Part shown: positions 39,315-48,208 of the stretch, one piece after another | How positions within the stretch are numbered: the first letter of the stretch is position 1 | Layout: each line of letters begins with the position of its first letter | Origin: an uncultured Gammaproteobacteria bacterium | GTDB taxonomy: Bacteria > Pseudomonadota > Gammaproteobacteria > SZUA-229 | Direction: 5' to 3' | Length of the DNA stretch: 64,000 nucleotides | NCBI GenBank assembly: GCA_913065105.1 | Contig: CAJXZZ010000001.1 | Coordinates: 15,117 to 79,116 of the forward strand | Made by a program: the position numbers and the translations under genes | Notes under the pieces: model-generated | The model's input: only the letters and a program-made list of their open reading frames with translations | Told to the model about the DNA's origin: nothing | Databases searched by the model: none

Positions 39315-39408
39315 CCGCAGAGACGCGAAGTCGCAGAGAAAACCTTTTTTGATGTTATGCGTGCCGCAGGCAATTTTGTAAAAACTCTGCGACTATGCGT
39401 CGCTGCGG
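39315..39408. repeat. REP/REPIN-like palindrome, CCGCAGAG family, copy 3
   Basis: 24-bp inverted arms with 3 mismatches (CCGCAGAGACGCGAAGTCGCAGAG / CTCTGCGACTATGCGTCGCTGCGG); internal TGCC-GCA-GGCA hairpin. Confidence 0.82.
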
Positions 39409-39487
39409 CTAAATTTGTTTTTATACCTGCATATCAGTTAGCGTATAATGCGTTTTCGAAACACCCCAATCGCCATTACCGGTACCC

Positions 39488-42400
39488 ATGACAGAGTCAC
39501 ATTCAGCAAGAATTCGAGAGATTCCTTACAACTACACGTCTTATTCAGACCGTGAAATTATTATTCGATTTCTGGGCGAAGAAAGCTGGCGCATTGTTGA
39601 AAAACTGCGTACCTCACGACGCACTGGTCGCTCAGCACGGATGTTGTTTGAAGTTCTTGGTGACATGTGGGTGATCAAAAGAAATCCTTTTGTAAAAGAC
39701 GACCTGCTGAATAATACAAAGCGTCGTGAATCGCTAATTAATGCCTTAAAACACCGTTTGAAGCAGGTTGAAATTCGCGCTGATGGAAATGCCGATGCAT
39801 TAATCCTGCATAGCAATTGCTTGAAGGCAATCACAACCTTTGAAGAAAACCTGTTGTCTCAGATATCACTACGTCAAAAAACGCTCAGAGCATTGAGCAA
39901 AATTACCTCTAAGAACAATATTGATTTTAGTGGCCTGGCACGCATTGCACATTCAACAGATGCAACCGACTGGCGTATCGCCATGCCATTTGTAGTGTTT
40001 AAACCGGATACTGAACACGAAGTTGCCGCTATCGTAAGGGCATGTATTGCTTTAGGTTTAACCATTATTCCACGCGGTGGCGGCACCGGTTATACCGGCG
40101 GCGCTATACCACTGCATGCCAACACGGCGGTCATCAATACCGAAAAACTGGAAACATTAAGCCCGGTAAATCACATCGAACTATCGGGGCTGAAAGGTAA
40201 ATACCCGGTGGTCGAATGTGGCGCCGGGGTTATTACTCGGCGAGTTTCTAACTTAGCCGAACAGCACGGCTACGCCTTTGCGGTCGATCCTACTTCTCAG
40301 GATGCATCGACCATCGGCGGTAACATCTCCATGAACGCTGGCGGTAAAAAAGCCGTGATCTGGGGAACTGCTTTAGACAACCTGGTTTCATGGCGCATGG
40401 TGACGCCAGATGGTTTATGGATGGACGTTGAACGTATCAACCATAACCTCGGCAAAATTCATGACCAGCAGCAGGTCACGTTTAAGATCACACGTTATCA
40501 GGCAGATGGAAAAACCACTATCGGTGAAGCAGAATTACTGCAGCTCGATGGACAGTGTTTTCGAAAAAAAGGCCTGGGTAAAGATGTAACGGATAAATTT
40601 TTATTCGGTCTACCCGGCATTCAGAAAGAAGGTTGTGATGGTTTAATTACATCCGGTCGTTTCATCCTGCATAAGATGCCAGAGCATAAACGTACCATCT
40701 GTCTCGAATTTTTTGGCAGCGACATCGCAGAAGCGGTTCCCGCTGTCGTCGAAGTAAAACAGCTGCTCGATAACAATAAAAATGTTTTACTCACAGGCCT
40801 CGAACATTTAGACGAACGTTATATTAAAGCCGTTAAATACACCACCAAAGCCAGTAGTGCAGATGGCTCTTATGATGGCCGGCCTAAAATGGTTTTACTG
40901 GCAGATATTTCATCTGATGATGAAGATGAAGTAAACGCTGCAGCTCAACAAGTTATCGAAACCTGTAAAAAAAGAAATGCTCAGGGCTTTATTGCTGTAA
41001 GTGCGGAGGCGCGTAAACGCTTCTGGCTTGACCGTGCACGCACCGCCGCCATCTCTGCGCATACCAATGCATTTAAAATCAATGAAGATGTCGTCATCCC
41101 GCTGCCACGTTTAGGCGAATATAACCGTGGCATCGAATGCATCAACATCGACCAGGCGATCAGCAATAAGATAAAAATTTGCGATGCCGTCATCAAGTAT
41201 CTCGATAGCAATCTTAAAGATGCTAAAGAAGATGATGCTTATGCAACAAGCATAGAAGCTGAGCAGATCATTCAGAAAAAATGTGAGACCGCTATACAGC
41301 TCATAGCCACAAAGAAACAACGCTGGTCAAATATCCTTCAACACCTGGATTCGCCAGCAAACGAAGTAAAACATCTGTTACTCGATAGCGAACTGGAGAA
41401 TATCAGAGACGCTGATAATCTGATCGACCTGTTACTGCGACGCGATTGTGTAATTTCGTATAGCAGAGAGATCTATAATTCGTTAAGAGAGATTTTTTCT
41501 GGTCAGGACTTAAGCCCAGTCAGAGAAAAGCTCAAACAGATACATGGCAACATCAGAGATTCTAAACTGTTTGTCGCCTTACACATGCACGCAGGTGACG
41601 GCAACGTACATACTAATATTCCCGTGCATTCAGATAACTACACGATGCTGCAGGAAGCAGATAAGATCGTCGATCAAATAATGGCGTTGGCGCAGTCACT
41701 CGATGGCGTTATCTCCGGTGAACACGGTATCGGTTTAACCAAGATCCAGTACCTGGAGCCTGAAAAATTAGCAGAATTTGCCAGCTATAAAAACAGAGTT
41801 GACCCAGAACAGCATTTCAATAAAGGAAAATTACAGGCGATATCAAACCTCGAGTTAGCCTATACCCCTTCTTTACGTCTGGTGCAACAGGAAGCGATTA
41901 TCCTTGAAGATAGTGAACTGGGCGCATTAAACGATGAGATTAAAAATTGCCTGCGCTGCGGTAAATGCAAACCAGAATGCATGACACATGTACCGCGCGC
42001 AAACCTGTATTACTCACCGCGTGACAAGATCTTAGCGACCGGCTTAATGATCGAAGCTTTTTTATATGAAGAGCAAACCAGACGCGGCATCTCACTTTCA
42101 CATTTCGATTCGATGAATGACATCGCAGACCACTGCACCACCTGCCATAAATGCCTGCCCCCTTGCCCGGTAAATATAGATTTTGGTGATGTCTCTATTC
42201 ATATGCGTCATATCTTGACCAAACACGGTAAAAAGAAAAGTAACCTTGGCACCAAAGCCGCTATCACTTTTCTCAATGTTAAAAACCCCTTCGCTGTAAA
42301 AACACTGCGTACGGTATTAGCGCGCGGTGGTTTTAAAGCAATAAATACGGGTCACTTTTTTGCAAAAAGATTTGGTCTGTTAGGTAAGAAAAAGAGAATA

Positions 42401-43360
42401 CCGCCTAGTACAACAGGCCCTGTTGATAGTACAACACAGATTGTTAACCTGGTACGAAAACCTATCCGAGTGGCTGTGCCGCGTAAAACCAGCCGTGCCC
42501 TGCTAAATCTGGAAGATACCAGTGTTGTTTCTATCATAAGAAATCCTGAATTAAATCATGATGATTCGGATGCTGTGTTTTATTTTCCTGGTTGCGGCTC
42601 AGAAAGACTGTTCAGTGAAATTGCCATGGCAACATTACATATGCTCTATGAAGCAGGTGTGCAGACGGTATTACCGCCGGGTTACTTATGTTGCGGCTAC
42701 CCACAAAGCTCTGCTGGACTACAGGATAAGAGTCGTTCGATAACGACAGAGAACCGCGTATTGTTTCATCGCATCGCCAATACACTTAATTATCTCGACA
42801 TAAAAACGGTGATCGTCTCCTGCGGCACCTGCATGGACCAGTTATTGAAATATGAATTTGAAAAGATATTTCCAGACTGTCGCTTACTGGATATACATGA
42901 ATATCTGATGGAAAAAAATATCACCCTGCAAGGTACTAGCGACACCGAGTATCTGTATCACGATCCCTGCCACACACCGATGAAACTATATGACCCCATC
43001 ACCGTTGCAGAAAAACTGTTAAACAAGAACGTAGTTAACAATGATAGATGCTGCGGCGAAGCCGGCACCTTGGGTACCTCGAGGCCAGACATCGCAGAAC
43101 AGCTTCGTTACCGTAAACGTGAAGAAATGGCAAAAGATATTAAAACAATCACTGGTCACAACAAAGCCAAAAATAATGAAGTTAAAATATTAACGTCCTG
43201 CCCTGCCTGCCAACAGGGCCTGGGCAGATACACTGATGATACGGGTTTGAAAACGGACTACATCATCGTGGAAATGGCAAACCATATGCATGGCAAAAAC
43301 TGGGAAAAACAGTTTATTCAAAAAGCGAATAATGGTGGCATTGAGAAGGTGCTGCTCTGA
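39488..43360 (+). CDS. Large FAD-linked oxidoreductase with 4Fe-4S dicluster and CCG domains (DUF3683/DUF3400 type)
   Basis: REIPYNYTS, IPRGGGTGYTGG, AVDPTS, HAGDGNVHTN, SGEHGIG, CLRCGKCKPEC, CTTCHKC..PC, YFPGCG, LCCG, RCCGEAG, SCPAC. Confidence 0.85.
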   Translation: MTESHSARIREIPYNYTSYSDREIIIRFLGEESWRIVEKLRTSRRTGRSARMLFEVLGDMWVIKRNPFVKDDLLNNTKRRESLINALKHRLKQVEIRADGNADALILHSNCLKAITTFEENLLSQISLRQKTLRALSKITSKNNIDFSGLARIAHSTDATDWRIAMPFVVFKPDTEHEVAAIVRACIALGLTIIPRGGGTGYTGGAIPLHANTAVINTEKLETLSPVNHIELSGLKGKYPVVECGAGVITRRVSNLAEQHGYAFAVDPTSQDASTIGGNISMNAGGKKAVIWGTALDNLVSWRMVTPDGLWMDVERINHNLGKIHDQQQVTFKITRYQADGKTTIGEAELLQLDGQCFRKKGLGKDVTDKFLFGLPGIQKEGCDGLITSGRFILHKMPEHKRTICLEFFGSDIAEAVPAVVEVKQLLDNNKNVLLTGLEHLDERYIKAVKYTTKASSADGSYDGRPKMVLLADISSDDEDEVNAAAQQVIETCKKRNAQGFIAVSAEARKRFWLDRARTAAISAHTNAFKINEDVVIPLPRLGEYNRGIECINIDQAISNKIKICDAVIKYLDSNLKDAKEDDAYATSIEAEQIIQKKCETAIQLIATKKQRWSNILQHLDSPANEVKHLLLDSELENIRDADNLIDLLLRRDCVISYSREIYNSLREIFSGQDLSPVREKLKQIHGNIRDSKLFVALHMHAGDGNVHTNIPVHSDNYTMLQEADKIVDQIMALAQSLDGVISGEHGIGLTKIQYLEPEKLAEFASYKNRVDPEQHFNKGKLQAISNLELAYTPSLRLVQQEAIILEDSELGALNDEIKNCLRCGKCKPECMTHVPRANLYYSPRDKILATGLMIEAFLYEEQTRRGISLSHFDSMNDIADHCTTCHKCLPPCPVNIDFGDVSIHMRHILTKHGKKKSNLGTKAAITFLNVKNPFAVKTLRTVLARGGFKAINTGHFFAKRFGLLGKKKRIPPSTTGPVDSTTQIVNLVRKPIRVAVPRKTSRALLNLEDTSVVSIIRNPELNHDDSDAVFYFPGCGSERLFSEIAMATLHMLYEAGVQTVLPPGYLCCGYPQSSAGLQDKSRSITTENRVLFHRIANTLNYLDIKTVIVSCGTCMDQLLKYEFEKIFPDCRLLDIHEYLMEKNITLQGTSDTEYLYHDPCHTPMKLYDPITVAEKLLNKNVVNNDRCCGEAGTLGTSRPDIAEQLRYRKREEMAKDIKTITGHNKAKNNEVKILTSCPACQQGLGRYTDDTGLKTDYIIVEMANHMHGKNWEKQFIQKANNGGIEKVLL

Positions 43361-43416
43361 TTTATGACAGTTTCAGCCTGTTATAATTAGCAGAAGAACC
43401 TGACTGCTTAAATTAT

Positions 43417-44091
43417 TCAACTTACCTTAGCTAAAACACCATCTTCGAGCGTATAAATAGTATCCATACGTTCTGCAATTTTTAGATCATGGGTAACGAT
43501 AACCAGTGATGTATTGTATTGTCTGTTTAGATCTATGATTAGCTCTATCGCCTGTTCGGCATTCTTTCGATCGAGATTGCCTGTAGGTTCATCGGCAAGT
43601 ATACAATCTGGCTGATGGATCAACGCACGGGCGATTGCTGCTCGCTGCCGTTCACCACCAGATAACTCACTGGGTTTATGGTGGACACGTTGTTTAAGAC
43701 CAACGTTTTCCAATACCTCTTCAGCACGTTGTGTTGCCTCTGCAACCGAACTGCCTTTAATCAAGAGAGGCATGGCTACATTTTCAAGGGCAGAAAATTC
43801 TGGCAGCAGGTGATGAAACTGGTAGATAAAACCAAATTTTTTATTTCTGACGATACAGCGTTGTCGTTCACTCAGCTCATGCACATTTACATCATCTAAG
43901 AAAACCTGTCCACTTGTCGGTTTATCTAAACCGCCAAGTATATTTAATAAGGTGGTTTTTCCTGATCCCGATGAACCTATGATGGCAGATGTTTCAGCAC
44001 GGTCTAGATTGAATGAGATGTCATTCAATACGTGTAGATCATTACGAATGCCGTCATTATAATCTTTTGCTATATTTGTAGCGCGTAACAT
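43417..44091 (-). CDS. lolD: Lipoprotein-releasing ABC transporter ATP-binding protein
   Basis: GSSGSGKT, GFIYQFHHLLPEF, LSGGERQR, ADEPTGNLD. Confidence 0.94.
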   Translation of the reverse strand: MLRATNIAKDYNDGIRNDLHVLNDISFNLDRAETSAIIGSSGSGKTTLLNILGGLDKPTSGQVFLDDVNVHELSERQRCIVRNKKFGFIYQFHHLLPEFSALENVAMPLLIKGSSVAEATQRAEEVLENVGLKQRVHHKPSELSGGERQRAAIARALIHQPDCILADEPTGNLDRKNAEQAIELIIDLNRQYNTSLVIVTHDLKIAERMDTIYTLEDGVLAKVS

Positions 44092-44101
44092 AGTCTAGTC
44101 C

Positions 44102-45349
44102 TTACTCATAACGTAGTGCTTCAGCAGGTAATGTCTTTGACGCACGCCAGGCAGGATAAATAGTCGCCAGTATAGTTACCGAGAATGCAGATAAAGCATA
44201 AGTGACAACTTCACTAGCTTTCACGTCTGCTACGATATCGCTGATGTAATAAACATCACTTGGAAGAAAATCGGTGTTAAACAACTGCTCTAACCAGGAA
44301 ACGATCTCAAACACATTAAGCGCAACAGGTACGCCAGCCCCGACGCCTATCAATGTACCAAAAAATCCTATGAACGCGCCCTGGATGATGAAGATGATCA
44401 TGACACTCGAAGGCTGCATACCCAGCGCACGTAATATGGCGATATCGGATTCTTTCTCTGTGACGGTCATCATCAGAGTAGAGACAATATTTAAAGCGGC
44501 CACTGACACCATTAGTAATAAAATGATAAACATTACGGTTTTTTCAGTCTGTAATGCTCTAAAGAAATTTTTGTGTTGTTTTGACCAGTCCTTTACCCAG
44601 AAATCTTCGCCAAAATCCTTCTCGATTTCACGTGAAATTCGAGGTGCTTCGAATAGATCCGTCAGTTTTAAACGGACGCCATTCACTTTATCTTTATAAC
44701 TGAAAAGCTTTGAAGCATCATCGATATGCATATAGGCCATGGCGGCATCAAATTGATGCATACCAACTTCAAACACACCTACGACACGAAAACGACGTAA
44801 TCTCGGCATGACACCAACCGCCGTCACACTGGCCTGTGGGGTAATGACGGTGACACGTTCACCTTCATAAACACCAAGAGTATTAGCTAATTCGCGACCT
44901 AGAACGATACCATATTCGCCTGCTTTTAAATCAGACAGGCTGCCTGAGATCATTTTTGATTCGACCAGCGACACCTTACTCTCCATCTCTGGTTGAATAC
45001 CGCGAATTAACGAGCCACTTACACGACGACCATTTGACAACATGATCTCTTTATTTATGTAAGGCGCAGCGGCTAAAACTTCTTTATTTTTTATGGCTTT
45101 TTCCAGCACGGCAGGCCAATCGCGCAGGTATCCATCGAAACCAGTGATAGTGGCATGCGAGGTCATACTTAATGTGCGATCACGTAATTCGTTACCAAAA
45201 CCGTTCATTACCGAAAGCACGACGATAAGCGCAAATACGCCCATAGCGACACCTGCGATAGATATGAAAGCAATGAATGATACGAAGTGACTTTTACGTT
45301 TAGCACGAATGTAACGTAAGCCGATAAATAGCTCTTTAGGCTGGAACAT
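44102..45349 (-). CDS. Lipoprotein-releasing ABC transporter permease (single LolC/E, LolF-like)
   Basis: FIGLRY, VLSVMNGF, EK.VMF, NIVSTL.M.V.EK..DIAILR, YPAWRA, PAEALRYE. Confidence 0.92.
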   Translation of the reverse strand: MFQPKELFIGLRYIRAKRKSHFVSFIAFISIAGVAMGVFALIVVLSVMNGFGNELRDRTLSMTSHATITGFDGYLRDWPAVLEKAIKNKEVLAAAPYINKEIMLSNGRRVSGSLIRGIQPEMESKVSLVESKMISGSLSDLKAGEYGIVLGRELANTLGVYEGERVTVITPQASVTAVGVMPRLRRFRVVGVFEVGMHQFDAAMAYMHIDDASKLFSYKDKVNGVRLKLTDLFEAPRISREIEKDFGEDFWVKDWSKQHKNFFRALQTEKTVMFIILLLMVSVAALNIVSTLMMTVTEKESDIAILRALGMQPSSVMIIFIIQGAFIGFFGTLIGVGAGVPVALNVFEIVSWLEQLFNTDFLPSDVYYISDIVADVKASEVVTYALSAFSVTILATIYPAWRASKTLPAEALRYE

Positions 45350-45461
45350 TATATGTTTAAAGACCTGAATGAAAAATGTTTAAAACTTCTAGAGAACCAT
45401 TTTGTAGTAGATATTCAGGATCATAGCAATACCAGACAAAACACATTTTTACAAAATATTA

Positions 45462-46127
45462 TTATTTTTTCTTGATGAGATTTTTATCTTTTAAATCGTT
45501 GATCAGTAATTTAGTCAAATCAGTGATCACTTCATCAACAGATTCGGGCGAGAATGTACGGCTGCGTGCAGACCACACCAGTTCTTCTGTTTTAACATCG
45601 TACAGATTGGTTTCCAGCGTATAGGTTTCGTGGGTGGTGTAATAACCAGGGCTATGAACATAACTATTTACGTGTGGGTAATAACCATACATGCCGCCAC
45701 CATAACCACCACCGTAGCCACCGTAGCCATAACCACCGTATCCCGCGCCCGAGTAACCCATGCCTGGTCGATAGACTGTTTCTTCCTCTACCGCGGTCAT
45801 GTGGGTAATAATGACACCATCAATCTCCATGCCTTCGATCGCTTTTACTACGGTATTGCGTTCAATTTTCTCGCTACTTTTGATCAGTTTATAACTTGCC
45901 TCTGCCTCAGTTCCCACTTCTCTTAATGCTTCCACGAAGTGGCTTTCATAAGCACGCCTATTTTGTTCGCTCTCAGCTATACCGATTATAAGCAGATCGT
46001 TATATGACTTTTTATTATCAGGTTCAACCCATGATTGAGAAATCTTGGTATTTGCACACGAAAATAGCAAAAAGACCGTACTGATCAATAAGATTTTTTT
46101 ACTCATATTCTGATTAAACAAGATCAT
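45462..46127 (-). CDS. Putative lipoprotein with Gly/Tyr-rich insert (DUF4136-like fold suspected)
   Basis: Start moved to the Met with an upstream AAGGA; lipobox LFSC; RR.YE, ETNLYDV...LVWS; paralog of the neighbouring gene. Confidence 0.65.
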   Translation of the reverse strand: MILFNQNMSKKILLISTVFLLFSCANTKISQSWVEPDNKKSYNDLLIIGIAESEQNRRAYESHFVEALREVGTEAEASYKLIKSSEKIERNTVVKAIEGMEIDGVIITHMTAVEEETVYRPGMGYSGAGYGGYGYGGYGGGYGGGMYGYYPHVNSYVHSPGYYTTHETYTLETNLYDVKTEELVWSARSRTFSPESVDEVITDLTKLLINDLKDKNLIKKK

Positions 46128-46234
46128 AAATATTTCCTTTAGGATTAATTCTGTTATCTGCATGCATGATAGCAACTGCACACTAAAACACAATGTCTTA
46201 TATTGTTAAACACCTAAACAGTTTGAATTTTAAG

Positions 46235-46846
46235 CTATTTCAGAAGCTCGTCGTCAAACAGTTTCTTTATGAGCAATGTTGTTACCTCGGTAATAACTTG
46301 ATCTATGGATTCCGGAGCAACTGATTTTGTCTGTACGGACCAGACTAGCGATTTTGTTTTCACATCATAGAGATCATTTTTTAAAGTCACGACCTCTCCA
46401 TCACTAGAGCGACCCCGAACTGAGATCAATGTATCAGACACCATGCTATTCTCAACATTGCTTGAATAGCCAGTGTTTAAGGGTGAGTCACGCTGTACTG
46501 TCACTTCCTCATCAGAGATCAGATAAGACACTAGAACGGCGTCAATCTCGGTGCCTTTTATCGCAGCAATAACGGTATCGCGATCGATCTTCTGTTTACT
46601 GCTGATCAATGTATAACTCGCTATCGCATTAATTTTCTTTTTCTTTAATTCGTCGACCATGTGATTTTCATAAAGACGACGGGTTTGCTGGCTATCAGAA
46701 ATGCCAATAATCATGGGGTGTTTATAGGATTTACTATGACCTTCTTCCATCCAACTATCTTTCACACTAGTATTGGCACAGGATGTGACCAGAAAACCTA
46801 TCAATAAAACAACAACACTATTAGCTTTAACACTCTTTATAAACAT
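46235..46846 (-). CDS. Putative lipoprotein, tandem paralog of 45462-46127
   Basis: Lipobox VTSC; shares SCANT, IIGI, RR.YE, ASY.LI, LYDVKT..LVWS and PES.D.VI with the neighbour. Confidence 0.65.
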   Translation of the reverse strand: MFIKSVKANSVVVLLIGFLVTSCANTSVKDSWMEEGHSKSYKHPMIIGISDSQQTRRLYENHMVDELKKKKINAIASYTLISSKQKIDRDTVIAAIKGTEIDAVLVSYLISDEEVTVQRDSPLNTGYSSNVENSMVSDTLISVRGRSSDGEVVTLKNDLYDVKTKSLVWSVQTKSVAPESIDQVITEVTTLLIKKLFDDELLK

Positions 46847-46860
46847 TACATCTCTCTCAA

Positions 46861-48033
46861 TTAAAACAGTTCCAGCCTTTCCAAAAACCAGTAAAAACCA
46901 ATTATTGAAATAAAAGCCGAACCTGGTATAACAACAATTTTTCGATATAGGTTTTGATCTTTAAACCATAATCGTAACAATATAAAAGCCATCGATATTA
47001 CTGCGATCTGACCTAATTCAACACCGACATTAAAGCTGATCAAGGCTACCGCAAAATCATTGTCTGGCATACCAAAATCAGACAGCACGCCGGCAAAGCC
47101 TAAACCATGCAGCAGACCAAACATAAACACCAGAATCAATCTGCTTTTATGCAAGGTCTTTGAAAGTATATTTTCCACACCAACATAAGCGATCGACAGG
47201 GCGATTAATGGTTCGACCACATTTGCCGGCAAATCGATCACATTATTCATTGCTAAACCCAATGTGATCGTATGCGCCACCGTGAACATCGTTACCTGAA
47301 ATAGCAATGGACGCCAGTGGGTCGACAACAAAAACAAACCCAGAATAAACAGAATATGGTCCAGGCCTTTGGGTACTATGTGCTCGAAACCGATGACAAT
47401 GTAAGAAGCAATTACCTCTGGCGTTGTCTGCATAGCGACGATTTCGGTCAGTGAAAACGGTGTGCTGGCCTGATCTTTACGTAGCCACTGCCACTGAGAC
47501 CAGTGCCATTGCTCATTTTCTCTGTCAATCTGCCTGACGCGAACCGCATTATCACCGAATTTTTCCGGATAATACCATTTTATAGACTCTGCTGATAACG
47601 GCAGCTCTGTGGCCAGACGAATAATACTGATACGCGGCACCTTGGTATAACCGGGTGGCGGAATGTCGACTGAGCTAATGGTCAATACTGGTTCTTGATC
47701 TGCTGCTTCTAAATGAATTGAGCGTAAAAATTGAGTTTTGAATCCATCAAATACCTGCATTAGCTCGGCTGGTGGCATCTTGCGTAGTTCATCGTACTGC
47801 GCGGCGTTTGGAGCGTCCTTTGTATTTTTATATTGTGAATTGATACCAGTGACTAAAGCCTCGATACTGGCGCGAATTTCAATGATAACCATTCTCTCAC
47901 GGTCAACGTTTATCTCGATTAATGCCGGTTTAACAACATCGGCAAAAGCTGTCTGCCAGGATAAACAGCTGAGACTGAATAATAAAAGGAATTTTCTAGA
48001 GGCATAATTCATAAGAGCGCGAATATTACACAA
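46861..48033 (-). CDS. HupE/UreJ-family membrane protein with N-terminal periplasmic domain
   Basis: GFEHI..G.DHILF, FTVAHTITL, VEPLIALSI, FGLLHGLGFA, FNVGVELGQ; signal-peptide-like N-terminus. Confidence 0.85.
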   Translation of the reverse strand: MCNIRALMNYASRKFLLLFSLSCLSWQTAFADVVKPALIEINVDRERMVIIEIRASIEALVTGINSQYKNTKDAPNAAQYDELRKMPPAELMQVFDGFKTQFLRSIHLEAADQEPVLTISSVDIPPPGYTKVPRISIIRLATELPLSAESIKWYYPEKFGDNAVRVRQIDRENEQWHWSQWQWLRKDQASTPFSLTEIVAMQTTPEVIASYIVIGFEHIVPKGLDHILFILGLFLLSTHWRPLLFQVTMFTVAHTITLGLAMNNVIDLPANVVEPLIALSIAYVGVENILSKTLHKSRLILVFMFGLLHGLGFAGVLSDFGMPDNDFAVALISFNVGVELGQIAVISMAFILLRLWFKDQNLYRKIVVIPGSAFISIIGFYWFLERLELF

Positions 48034-48208
48034 ATTCGTCGTATTTAAAGCAATTTTTGAATAAAATTTTTACCAGTACGTCACTTTAATAAGTGAAAAT
48101 TCAACACTAAATTAACCATTTCCCCAAATATGCGTTATTATGCGTAGTTAAACCAAATTGCTAAACTAAAAAAACATAATAAAAATACAATACTATTGAG
48201 GAGTCTAC

